Assembly (NCBI GenBank): GCA_028824415.1
Contig: JAPPDX010000107.1
Span: 522-64,521 of the forward strand
Reading direction: 5' to 3'
Length of the DNA stretch: 64,000 nucleotides
From: a bacterium
Lineage (GTDB): Bacteria > Actinomycetota > Acidimicrobiia > Acidimicrobiales > CATQHL01
Position numbers and translations under genes: made by a program. Below, one piece after another: positions 54,728 to 63,359 of the stretch (position 1 is its first letter; every line of letters starts with the position of its first letter). The notes below the pieces were generated by a model. The model ran no database searches. It was not told the DNA's origin and saw nothing but the letters and a program-made list of their open reading frames with translations.

Positions 54728-54756
54728 TTGCCGGCGCGCAGCGCGTCGCGTATCCT
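54728..54756 (+). promoter_or_regulatory. Candidate sigma-70-type promoter for the tRNA
   Basis: TTGCCG, a 17-nt spacer, then TATCCT. The -10 element ends 11 nt before the tRNA 5' end. Confidence 0.35.
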
Positions 54757-54767
54757 CAGGAATCCGC

Positions 54768-54841
<74 letters not shown>

Positions 54842-55023
54842 CTGAGAAATCCCAGGTCAGAGCGTTACTCTGGTCCGGGGTTTGTTGTTCTGAGGGCAAG
54901 CCTCCAACGGACGGTGTGTGTTGTTCCGGGTGATGCTTGACGGGTTGGCTCCGGTAGCTGTGTTACAGCCTTGGGCAGGTTTCAGGCTGCGTTGGTACGT
55001 GAGGGTCGCCGGCCGGAGATGAC

Positions 55024-55680
55024 CTACGGGTCGGTTGCGGGCGTGGCCGCTGGCCCCGCCGTCACGGCGGCAACCAGTCGGGCGATCAGGTCGTTCCACT
55101 CATCGACGGTTGGTTTCTCCGAAAGCGGCGATTCCGACAGCCCCACCAGGTGAGCACCGAGTTCCATGCAAAGGCACAGGGCCACGATTGCCTCGGTGCT
55201 CAAGGACTGGTCGATATCGCCGGCTTGCTTGCCTTGACCGATCATCGTCGCGAGATTGCTCGATTCGACCGCGAAGAACTGCGAAACCTTCTCTCCCAGC
55301 GAGAAGTCGCGCCGGGCGCTCACGAACGCCTCGAGCCTCAGATCCTCATGCTTGCCGAGGCTGACCTCTCTGAGACGCGTGCCGAGAGCGACGAGATTCT
55401 CCACAGCCGACCTATCGGCGTGGTCGGTGAAGTACGTCAGTCTGTAGGCCGTGGTGTAGTCCATCGCTGCGAGGAACACTTCGCGCTTGGATCTCCAGCG
55501 CGCGTAGATGGCGCCAGTTGTCACGCGGGCCCGGTCAGCAATGTTGTGGATTCTCGCCCCTTCGTAGCCCCTCTCGCCGAACACCTCGACAGCGGCCTCC
55601 AGCAGACGTTCGGTTACATCCGGCGGAGATCCCGCCTGATCGCCAACGCCACTCACCGTGATCTTCGCTCTAGCGGCCAA
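55024..55680 (-). CDS. TetR-family transcriptional regulator (paralog of 57153..57815)
   Basis: HTH region LLEAAVEVFGERGYEGARIHNIADRARVTTGAIYARWRSKREVF. Confidence 0.8.
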   Translation of the reverse strand: MAARAKITVSGVGDQAGSPPDVTERLLEAAVEVFGERGYEGARIHNIADRARVTTGAIYARWRSKREVFLAAMDYTTAYRLTYFTDHADRSAVENLVALGTRLREVSLGKHEDLRLEAFVSARRDFSLGEKVSQFFAVESSNLATMIGQGKQAGDIDQSLSTEAIVALCLCMELGAHLVGLSESPLSEKPTVDEWNDLIARLVAAVTAGPAATPATDP

Positions 55681-56046
55681 CCCTGCTTCCCGTCAGCAGG
55701 GCTAGCCGTGTCATCGATTCTCCAGCCCGTTGTCTCGGTCAGGCATAGAGCGGATGAACTCACATCCCCGTCCTTGGCATGTGCAGACAAATCGGCGCAG
55801 CGCGCGACATGGGACTTGGGGTGACCTCATCCCGTACCGAGATCCAATCCCAGGCCAAATGCAACACAGCTTGTTCCAGCTGCGACCTGAACAGAGTTTA
55901 GCACGCTTGGGGCAGCGTGTTCCTCGTCATTGGCCTTGTCCTGCGTCGCGACTTCCGCTCGCTCTCTCTCCGTCTCGGTTTGAGGGAGGCGGCCGAACCG
56001 GTGTATGGCTGCTGGTACGGTATTGCGGAGCGGCGAGGCGGCGTGC

Positions 56047-56724
56047 ATGGCCCAACAAAGCAATCTTGCGCGGCACCGCGCCGAGCGTGAGGGCCGGTCC
56101 TCGAATCGCAGATCCGAGATCATCGACGCGGCCGAGGCGTTGTTCCTCGAGCGCGGCATCGCTGCGACGACCATGACCGATATCGCCGAACGGGTCGGCG
56201 TGAGCCGGATCACCCTCTATCGCTACTTCGCGGATTGCGACGCTCTGGCCTTCGAGGTCGCCGGGTGGATGCTCGAAAGGCTGGTCACCAAGGCCCGAGA
56301 GGTGTTGCCCGCCGGGGCGGGACCGGTCGAGGCCGCGAGGGCCGGACTCGGGTCGCTGATCACGAACTTCGAGCACAACCGCGATGTCCACTGGTACCTC
56401 ACAGTGTTGGACAGTCACAGACCGTTCCGCGACATCAGCGAGGAACTCGCGCAGTGGTATGCGTCGCGCACACGTCAGGCGCTCCTGTTCGACGAGGCCG
56501 TCGCCTCCTACGTCTTCGACGATGCGACCGCCGAGCGGCTCGTGAGTCTCGCCAACGTCGTGATGGGCGTGCTGGGTCGGTTCGCGATCAAGGGCGAGAA
56601 CCTTTCTCGCGGGGGGATCACATTGGAGACGCAGCTCGGCTACTTCAGGGAACTCGTGTTCAACTACTTCGACACGATCGTCGCGCCGCAAGCCGAGGCA
56701 CCGGAGCGCCACTCGGACTGTTGA
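56047..56724 (+). CDS. TetR-family transcriptional regulator
   Basis: IIDAAEALFLERGIAATTMTDIAERVGVSRITLYRYF. ATG 56047 is preferred over 56005 on spacing from a purine-rich stretch. Confidence 0.8.
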   Translation: MAQQSNLARHRAEREGRSSNRRSEIIDAAEALFLERGIAATTMTDIAERVGVSRITLYRYFADCDALAFEVAGWMLERLVTKAREVLPAGAGPVEAARAGLGSLITNFEHNRDVHWYLTVLDSHRPFRDISEELAQWYASRTRQALLFDEAVASYVFDDATAERLVSLANVVMGVLGRFAIKGENLSRGGITLETQLGYFRELVFNYFDTIVAPQAEAPERHSDC

Positions 56725-57152
56725 TCTGCCGCGATGCGCCCGGAGACTTTGCCCGACCTCGCCATCCCTACAACCCGCGCCTGACATCTATGGAATCGAC
56801 CCCGGAGGCTCTCCGAGGACTGTGCAAGAATCGACAACACAAGGCACGGCAAGTCAAGAATGAACTCATCTAGCTAGCTGGATCACGACGAACGCGTAAT
56901 TGTGACATAGTGTTACTGGACCACCGGACGAATTGGAGCCGGGGCCGGAACATGATTCAAACGAACGTTAGATTAGCGAACAGCTGTTACGCGAACATCG
57001 CGGTCACGCACGCGGTGCACCACTCGATGCTGGAGATGCACGACCCTGCGCGATGGCAGCCGCCGATGGCGCGGCATTGCACGTACGACTCTTCCGGTAG
57101 GCAATGTGATCCCCCTCAACGACGAGTTGGGAAGTCGTGGAGGTGAGGGAAC

Positions 57153-57815
57153 TTGTCCGGACCTGACCGAGACAGATTCGGAGCGGTCTATCGGCCGCGC
57201 CGCCGAAGCGAGTCGGAGGAGAGAACCGAAGAACTCCTGGAGAGCGCCGTCGAGGAGTTTTTGGAACGCGGCTATGAGGGGGCGCGCATAAGCGAAATCG
57301 CCCGCCGCGGCGGCGTGACCACCGGTGCCATCTACGCGAGGTGGCGAAGCAAGAACGACCTCTTGACCGCGGCCGTCGGCCACGTCCTTGCTCAGGACCT
57401 GACCGAACAGCGGCTACAGGTTCTGGGTGCCGCCGAGATGCAGCCGCACGAGATGTTCCTGGCTCTGGGGGAGAGCCTGATGGCCCCGTTCGACCTGCGC
57501 GATGTCATGGTGCAGGTGTTCGGCAGCGCCAGGAACAACGAATCCATCCGTGCGTGCTTGGACCGGTTCCTCAACGAGGATGCCGGCCAGTTGGGCCGCC
57601 TCATCGACGTGGCCAAGGAACAGGGGTTCTGCGACCCCCAACTCAGCACGGCCGCCTTGTCGCTGTTCTGCCAGGCAATTGGAATCGGTATCGACCTACT
57701 CCTCACTTCCGGACTCGACGACCACTACAGGCCCGCCGCAAACGATTGGAGCGCGCTCATTGCCCGGGTGATCGATGCGGTGCAGCCACCGAAGTCGGTG
57801 GCGCCTGCAGTTTGA
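57153..57815 (+). CDS. TetR-family transcriptional regulator (paralog of 55024..55680)
   Basis: TTG start preceded by GGAGGTGAGGGA. LLESAVEEFLERGYEGARISEIARRGGVTTGAIYARWRSKNDLL. Confidence 0.8.
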   Translation: MSGPDRDRFGAVYRPRRRSESEERTEELLESAVEEFLERGYEGARISEIARRGGVTTGAIYARWRSKNDLLTAAVGHVLAQDLTEQRLQVLGAAEMQPHEMFLALGESLMAPFDLRDVMVQVFGSARNNESIRACLDRFLNEDAGQLGRLIDVAKEQGFCDPQLSTAALSLFCQAIGIGIDLLLTSGLDDHYRPAANDWSALIARVIDAVQPPKSVAPAV

Positions 57816-57830
57816 GATCCCACTGATTGC

Positions 57831-57874
57831 GTCGAACCTGTCCTCAACCGGATCCGGTTGAGGACAGGTTCGAC
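57831..57874. repeat. Perfect 44-bp palindrome
   Basis: GTCGAACCTGTCCTCAACCGGA|TCCGGTTGAGGACAGGTTCGAC equals its own reverse complement and is centred on GGATCC. It starts 16 nt after the TetR stop. Confidence 0.9.
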
Positions 57875-58351
57875 TGCTCTTCCTGCCCCGCGTCCCGGCA
57901 TCGGTGAGGTCGTCGAGCGCCGGGAACACGCGGAACAGCCCGACCGCAAGGTGGTCCACATGATCCGTGTGGGCAGCGTGGCGCGGACGTCGACGACTGC
58001 GAGTCACGTCGCGGCCCTCGCCACGCTTCCAGTGCGAGAAGTACGGCTCACCGACGCCTGCGACGCCGACAATTCGGAGGGATTCCCTGTGCCGGATCCA
58101 GGTGGCTTGCAAAGCCGTGAGGTGATGATAACATCTACTCAAATATTTGTCATAGCGACGATCCTTGATTGTCTATTTCTGCAATAGGGCCGCCGCGGGG
58201 CGCTGAATCATCGCCTCGCGACGGCCCTTGCAGAACCGTCGCGAGGGATTGATGTCCGACGCTGCGTCCCCACGAGCATCGAGTCCGGTAGCGCAGAGCG
58301 ACGCGACGCCCACCGGGCTGACGGCCGGCATAGCCAACAGCGCTGTCTGAG

Positions 58352-60613
58352 GTGAGAATGCGGCCCCGTGGCGTTCACCGACGTGACCGTCGGGGCTCGT
58401 TGATCCGGGCTCGACGGCGCAAGCGGGGGCTGATCCGCCTCCTGTCGATCCCCGTTCTGGCGGTCGGAGGGGTGCTGGCTCCGATCGAGAGTCTTCGCCT
58501 TCCGGTTCCCCTGGACGACGTGCTGGTCCTCGGACGGGCTTCGGCGCAGACGGTGGGAGTTGTGAATGGGACGGATGGCGCCTGCCCCTCGACCCCCGTC
58601 CAGTGGATGCCCAGCGAGGCCGGATCCGAGTGCGAACTGGAGATGGAACCCTGTCCCGCCGGACGGGTGGGCACGCTGCCTCTGCAGTACCTCCTGCGGT
58701 ACTCGGTTGGCTATCCCGACACGGACGGGCTCACGCTCGAGGAGTATCCGGCAATGTGTGAGTTGCGCATCCTCCAGGTGAACGATCCCGCTGTCTACAA
58801 CGACTGCCAGAACCAGACGGGATTCGTCACGATGGTCGTCAATGTGGATCGGATCGTCGACGGTGTGCTGCAGACCGAGGACCTGTGCAGGCTCCTGCAA
58901 CCGGCCGAATGTCCGGCAGGGGTACAGATCAGGGTCGACACGTGCAGAGCCGTCGAGCGGCGCCCGTGGACGTGTCCTGCCGGCTACAGGCCGAAGAACG
59001 AGTATTTGGAGTGCTACCGGTTGCACCCGACAGGGCCTCTGAATCCGCATCCCGCCTGTGGCGCCGGCGCTCCCGCATTCGTCGCGCAGAGTTGCGCCGA
59101 CTATGCGGGCAACGACTACGCCGACGCCCCGGCGGCTGTGGACTGCACGGCCGACTTCCCGACTGCGAACCCACCGAGTCCGACCACGGCCCTCTCGGGC
59201 AATTCGACGCCGGGAATGTCCAGCGACTACTGGTGCGAGTTCGACGCAGCGCTCCTGAGCGCCTCCTGCCATCCGGCTCCTCAGAGCACTCCCGAGTGCA
59301 CGCCCTCGCTCTCGATGTGCTTGAAGCGTGCGAGCCGGACCGGCGGCTGCAGTGCCATCGCGAGCACGATTCGTTGCCGCGACTTGCAGCAGACGTTCCG
59401 TGCCGGTACCGCAACCGCCGAGGAGGTCAGGAACGAAGGCTGCGAACCGTGCGTCGTTCTCCCGTTCAGCCCGGTACCACCCGGCTGTCCCGCAGATGTC
59501 TCAGCCGAGCCGCAAATATCTCTGAACCAGGCAATGCACCACCTCCTCCGGCTACGCGAGGACTTCAACGCGGTTTCCGACGCGTGCGTGGACAGCCTTG
59601 GAAACATCAGTGCGGTGTGTCAAGCCCAACCAACATGTACAGATCCTCCAACAGGAGCGTTGACATGGTCGTCGTCCCACCACTCGCGGCTCGCGATCGT
59701 CAACTCCCAGGTGACACTGAACGTCGCAGACGTTCCGGTGGAAGAACGTAGAGTACTCACCAGGCTCTCGAGTAGTGGACTCGGGGGAAGCAGACTCACC
59801 TTCCCCTACCCGTCGAGCCGCGCGGGGGCCATCGGGGACTCAATCCTGACGTACGGCAGAATAGATCCCACCGCGAGTTCGCTGACCACCGTCACAGACA
59901 TGAACGGAGCGTACGGCGAGTGCGTATACAGGCGAGGCCCTCTGTTCCAGTTGACCATCAGGCAACTCTGGCCCGACGATCCGGCGGATGAGTCGGAGAT
60001 TGCCGGGCTGTTCGGATCGGCGGCCCTCGACTGGTGGAACGCCCTCACGACGCCGGCCGAGCGGCAGGAGGCAATCGAATCACGAGGCCTCGGATACTGG
60101 CCGAACCTCTCCGCAGCGGACCGGGCACTTCGCACGGAGGAACTCACCGAGCACGTGTTGTGCAACTACGACCGGGTCTACCGTGCACCGGTTTGGTGCA
60201 GATGGATACCCACGGCCCCCGGGTATTACAGGATCACGGCCGGCGGGGCGTGGGTCGGGGCTCGTTGGGACAGAGGGAGCAGACACGCCATCAGCGGCTC
60301 GGAGCGCGGGGCCATCAATCGGGCCCTCCAAGCCCCCGCGGTCCGGGACACGGTCGCGGCTCAACTGACCGCGGCGGGCCTGACTCCCGCGGACGTGGGT
60401 CTGAACGCCACCCTCACCGCCGTCCTGCCGGCCGGCGGTCTCACCGGCGATTCGAGGTTCTCGGGAGTCGCGACCGAACGCTCCTGTGGCGGCAGAGATC
60501 TCCGCATCCGGTGTGGCGTCACAAATATCGGCACGGGCAACTACACCGAGACGCGCCCGATCGGCGTCGCCGTCCACGAGGTGCGCCTCGCCACCCGGCA
60601 GCCGGCTTCCTGA
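58352..60613 (+). CDS. Large Cys-rich exported/anchored protein, no family recognised
   Basis: Arg-rich N-terminus plus one hydrophobic segment (LIRLLSIPVLAVGGVLAPI), about 40 Cys, and a recurring CPAG motif (EPCPAGRVG, AECPAGVQI, WTCPAGYRP, PGCPADVS). Long clean ORF. GTG 58352 or ATG 58358. Confidence 0.6.
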   Translation: MRMRPRGVHRRDRRGSLIRARRRKRGLIRLLSIPVLAVGGVLAPIESLRLPVPLDDVLVLGRASAQTVGVVNGTDGACPSTPVQWMPSEAGSECELEMEPCPAGRVGTLPLQYLLRYSVGYPDTDGLTLEEYPAMCELRILQVNDPAVYNDCQNQTGFVTMVVNVDRIVDGVLQTEDLCRLLQPAECPAGVQIRVDTCRAVERRPWTCPAGYRPKNEYLECYRLHPTGPLNPHPACGAGAPAFVAQSCADYAGNDYADAPAAVDCTADFPTANPPSPTTALSGNSTPGMSSDYWCEFDAALLSASCHPAPQSTPECTPSLSMCLKRASRTGGCSAIASTIRCRDLQQTFRAGTATAEEVRNEGCEPCVVLPFSPVPPGCPADVSAEPQISLNQAMHHLLRLREDFNAVSDACVDSLGNISAVCQAQPTCTDPPTGALTWSSSHHSRLAIVNSQVTLNVADVPVEERRVLTRLSSSGLGGSRLTFPYPSSRAGAIGDSILTYGRIDPTASSLTTVTDMNGAYGECVYRRGPLFQLTIRQLWPDDPADESEIAGLFGSAALDWWNALTTPAERQEAIESRGLGYWPNLSAADRALRTEELTEHVLCNYDRVYRAPVWCRWIPTAPGYYRITAGGAWVGARWDRGSRHAISGSERGAINRALQAPAVRDTVAAQLTAAGLTPADVGLNATLTAVLPAGGLTGDSRFSGVATERSCGGRDLRIRCGVTNIGTGNYTETRPIGVAVHEVRLATRQPAS

Positions 60614-60652
60614 CGCGGCGCCGCGCATCAGGCTCGTCGCTGCAGCGGCCGG

Positions 60653-61444
60653 TCAGACCACCAGCGAGGATCTCAGGAGTGAGCGGGTGTAGGGGTGGCG
60701 AGGTGCGGTGAACAGAGCCGCCGCCGGTTGCTGCTCGACGATCCGGCCGTGGCGCATCACCGCGATGCGGTCAGCCAGATGCAACGCGACGCCGAGATCG
60801 TGAGTGATGAACAGGTACGTCAGTTCATTGTCAGCCTTCAGGCGCCGCAGCAGGTTCAGAACGCCGGCCTGAACCGACACATCCAACGCGGAGGTGGGCT
60901 CGTCGAACAGGATCAGGGACGGCTCCAGGATCAACGCGCGGGCCAGCACCGCGAGTTGGGCCTCGCCGACGCTGATTTCGTGGGGGAGCCGGTCGAGGAC
61001 TTCGGCGCGTAGGCCGACGGCGGCGATCATCGCCGCCACCAACTCGGTCCGGCGCGCCCGGTTGAGCCGGGTGTGGACCTGCAATGGCTCGGAGATCTGG
61101 GCGACGATCCGCCGGCGCGGGCTCAGCGCAAGCAGCGGGTTCTGCGCCACGAGCTGGATCCGGCGCCTGACGGCACGCCACTCCCGCCCTTGCAGGCCGA
61201 CGAGTTCGGCGCCGTCGAAGCGGACGCTGCCCGCGTCGGGCCGGGTCAGCCCGACCATCGCTTGGGCGAGGGTCGACTTGCCGGCGCCGGACTCGCCCAC
61301 CACTGCCAGCGTCTCTCCCCCCAACACGTCGAGGTTCACACCGTCGATGGCGGTGATCCGCGCCGTAGCGGCGCCACGGGCACCCCTGGCAGAGCGGTTC
61401 GGATAGGTCACCCGCAGGTCACGGACTGAAAGGATCGGCCTCAG
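60653..61444 (-). CDS. Peptide/nickel-type ABC ATP-binding protein (OppF/DppF-like)
   Basis: GESGAGKSTL, ISVGEAQLAVLARAL, LILFDEPTSALD. Start unclear: the only ATG (61561) overlaps the upstream gene by ~120 nt. An in-frame CTG at 61444 overlaps the upstream stop (CTGA) and precedes LRPILSVRDLRVTY. Confidence 0.8.
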   Translation of the reverse strand: MRPILSVRDLRVTYPNRSARGARGAATARITAIDGVNLDVLGGETLAVVGESGAGKSTLAQAMVGLTRPDAGSVRFDGAELVGLQGREWRAVRRRIQLVAQNPLLALSPRRRIVAQISEPLQVHTRLNRARRTELVAAMIAAVGLRAEVLDRLPHEISVGEAQLAVLARALILEPSLILFDEPTSALDVSVQAGVLNLLRRLKADNELTYLFITHDLGVALHLADRIAVMRHGRIVEQQPAAALFTAPRHPYTRSLLRSSLVV

Positions 61445-62415
61445 GGCGGTGGCTCCATCAGGACGCAGGCCACGGTGTGACCGGGGTGCAGCGGGCGCGG
61501 TTCGGGTTGGCCGCTGCGGCAGTCCTCCCGGACGTGGGGGCAGCGCGGCGCGAAGGCGCAACCGGCGATCGGTCGGCGGCCGTCGGGGATGAGCCCGGGG
61601 ATCGACGCCAACTCACGACCTGCGACCGCCGGACGCGGGATGGACTCCAGAAGTGCCTGCGTGTAGGGATGGCCCGGCGCATCGAGCACGTCGGCGGTGG
61701 CGCCCGCCTCGGCAACCCGACCGGCATAGAGCACGACGACCCGGTCGCACAACCGCCGGATCACAGCCAGGTCGTGACTGATGAGAATCACGGTGAGCCC
61801 GTGTCGTGCGCGCAGTTCCCCGAGGAGGTCGAGCACCTGCGCCTGCGTCGTGGCGTCGAGAGCGGTCGTGGGTTCGTCCGCGATCAGCAGGCGCGGCCGG
61901 CGGGCCAGCGCGAGGGCAATCACGGACCGCTGCAGCATCCCGCCGGAGAGTTCGTGCGGGTAGGCGTCCAGCAGGCGCGGCGCGTCGGCCAGCCCGGCCT
62001 GGGCGAGTAGATCCGCCAGCACGGCCGGGTCGTCGGTTCGAGCCACCAGGTGCAGTTGACGGCCGATGGTGAAGACGGGGTTCAGGGCGGCGCCCGGGTT
62101 CTGCTGGATCAGTGCGGCCACCGCCTGCAGCGAGCCGTCCATGCCCAGCGACGCACCGTCGAGGCGAAGGCTGCCGGTCACGGTGGCCGACGGGGGAACC
62201 ATGCCGAGCAAGGCCCGGAACAACACGGACTTGCCACACCCGGACTCTCCGGCCACGCCAAGGATCTCGCCGTGGCGCACATCCAGCGACACTCCCCGCA
62301 CGGCCCGCACGGGTCCCGCCGGCGGATTGAACGTGATACGCAGGTCGTCGACGCTCAGCAGGTCGGTCATGGTCCACCCGCTGCTGGGTCCGGGCGTGGC
62401 CGGCTCCGGGGTCAT
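61441..62415 (-). CDS. Peptide/nickel-type ABC ATP-binding protein (OppD/DppD-like)
   Basis: GESGCGKSVL, LSGGMLQRSVIALAL, LLIADEPTTALD, and a C-terminal Cys-rich oligopeptide-ABC tail. ATG 62415 overlaps the permease stop (ATGA). Confidence 0.9.
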   Translation of the reverse strand: MTPEPATPGPSSGWTMTDLLSVDDLRITFNPPAGPVRAVRGVSLDVRHGEILGVAGESGCGKSVLFRALLGMVPPSATVTGSLRLDGASLGMDGSLQAVAALIQQNPGAALNPVFTIGRQLHLVARTDDPAVLADLLAQAGLADAPRLLDAYPHELSGGMLQRSVIALALARRPRLLIADEPTTALDATTQAQVLDLLGELRARHGLTVILISHDLAVIRRLCDRVVVLYAGRVAEAGATADVLDAPGHPYTQALLESIPRPAVAGRELASIPGLIPDGRRPIAGCAFAPRCPHVREDCRSGQPEPRPLHPGHTVACVLMEPPP

Positions 62416-63359
62416 CGCAGTTGACCGCGCGTGCGGGGATCGGCCACATCACGCATCACGTCACCGATCAGGTTGAAGGCCATGGCCACGACGACGACAG
62501 CCAACCCGGCGAAGCCGGCGATCCACCACTGCCCCGACAGCACGTAGTGGCGACCATCGGCGATCATCACCCCCCAGTCCGCGGTGGGCGGGCGGGGCCC
62601 GAGCCCGACAAAGCTCAGACCGGCCGCGGTCAACACGACTGCACCGATGTCAGCGGTCGCCTGCACCCACACCGGTGCCATGACGTTCGGGACGATGTGC
62701 ACCGCGATGGTGCGCCGGCTCGGCGCGCCGATCGCCTGCGCGGCCTGGATGAAGGGCCGAGTGCGCAGGCTCAGAACCTGCGCGCGCACCTGGCGGGCAT
62801 ACCAGGGCCACCAGGACACGCTGATGGCGATCACGGTGTTGCGCAGGCTCGCACCCAGGGAAGCAGCGACCAGAACGGCCAGCAACAGCGGCGGAAAGGC
62901 GAGAAACGCGTCGGTGATCCGCATCAGGACTTCGTCGATCCAGCGCCCGAAATAGCCTGACAGCGCACCGACGACGACACCGACGAGCACCGACAGGGCC
63001 ACCACACCGACCGCCACGACCAGCGAGGCGCGGGCGCCGAACAGCAGGCGCGCCAGCACGTCGCGGCCGAGTTCGTCGGTTCCCAGCCAGTGGATCGCGC
63101 CCGGGGGCCGCAGACGATTCGACAAGTCGGGCACACCTCGACCGGCAGCGGCGAACGGAGTCAGCCACGGAGCGAAGACCGCCCCCACGACGAACGTCAA
63201 GGCCACAGCGGCGGTGACCATCCCGAGACGGCTGCGCCGGTAGTGCCAGATCGCATCGCCGTGCGTTCCTAGCAGCCCGGACCAGCGCTGTATTGCGGAG
63301 CGCTTCCCACCGCGCACAGCGTCACATCCGAAGTGGCGAACTCGCCCCCGCGCAGCCAT
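62412..63359 (-). CDS. Peptide-type ABC permease (DppC/OppC-like)
   Basis: HWLGTDELGRDVLARLLFGAR and the EAA-like loop IQAAQAIGAPSRRTIAVHIVPN. ATG 63359 shares one base with the upstream stop (TGATG). Confidence 0.9.
   Translation of the reverse strand: MAARGRVRHFGCDAVRGGKRSAIQRWSGLLGTHGDAIWHYRRSRLGMVTAAVALTFVVGAVFAPWLTPFAAAGRGVPDLSNRLRPPGAIHWLGTDELGRDVLARLLFGARASLVVAVGVVALSVLVGVVVGALSGYFGRWIDEVLMRITDAFLAFPPLLLAVLVAASLGASLRNTVIAISVSWWPWYARQVRAQVLSLRTRPFIQAAQAIGAPSRRTIAVHIVPNVMAPVWVQATADIGAVVLTAAGLSFVGLGPRPPTADWGVMIADGRHYVLSGQWWIAGFAGLAVVVVAMAFNLIGDVMRDVADPRTRGQLR

Noticed and set aside
57696-58142. 148-aa minus-strand ORF (and 109-aa plus-strand ORF 57858-58187) in the spacer after the third TetR gene
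   Set aside because: Both read straight through the 44-bp palindrome and/or into the TetR gene. They have no recognisable motifs or RBS and lie in the A/T-richer spacer. I looked for integrase or transposase remnants here and saw none.
58191-58201. CCGCCGCGGGG, identical to 54764-54774 at the 5' edge of the tRNA: possible att-like direct repeat delimiting an island
   Set aside because: Only 11 nt, very GC-rich (chance match plausible in this genome), and it matches the tRNA 5' end plus upstream bases rather than the 3' half that integrases normally duplicate.
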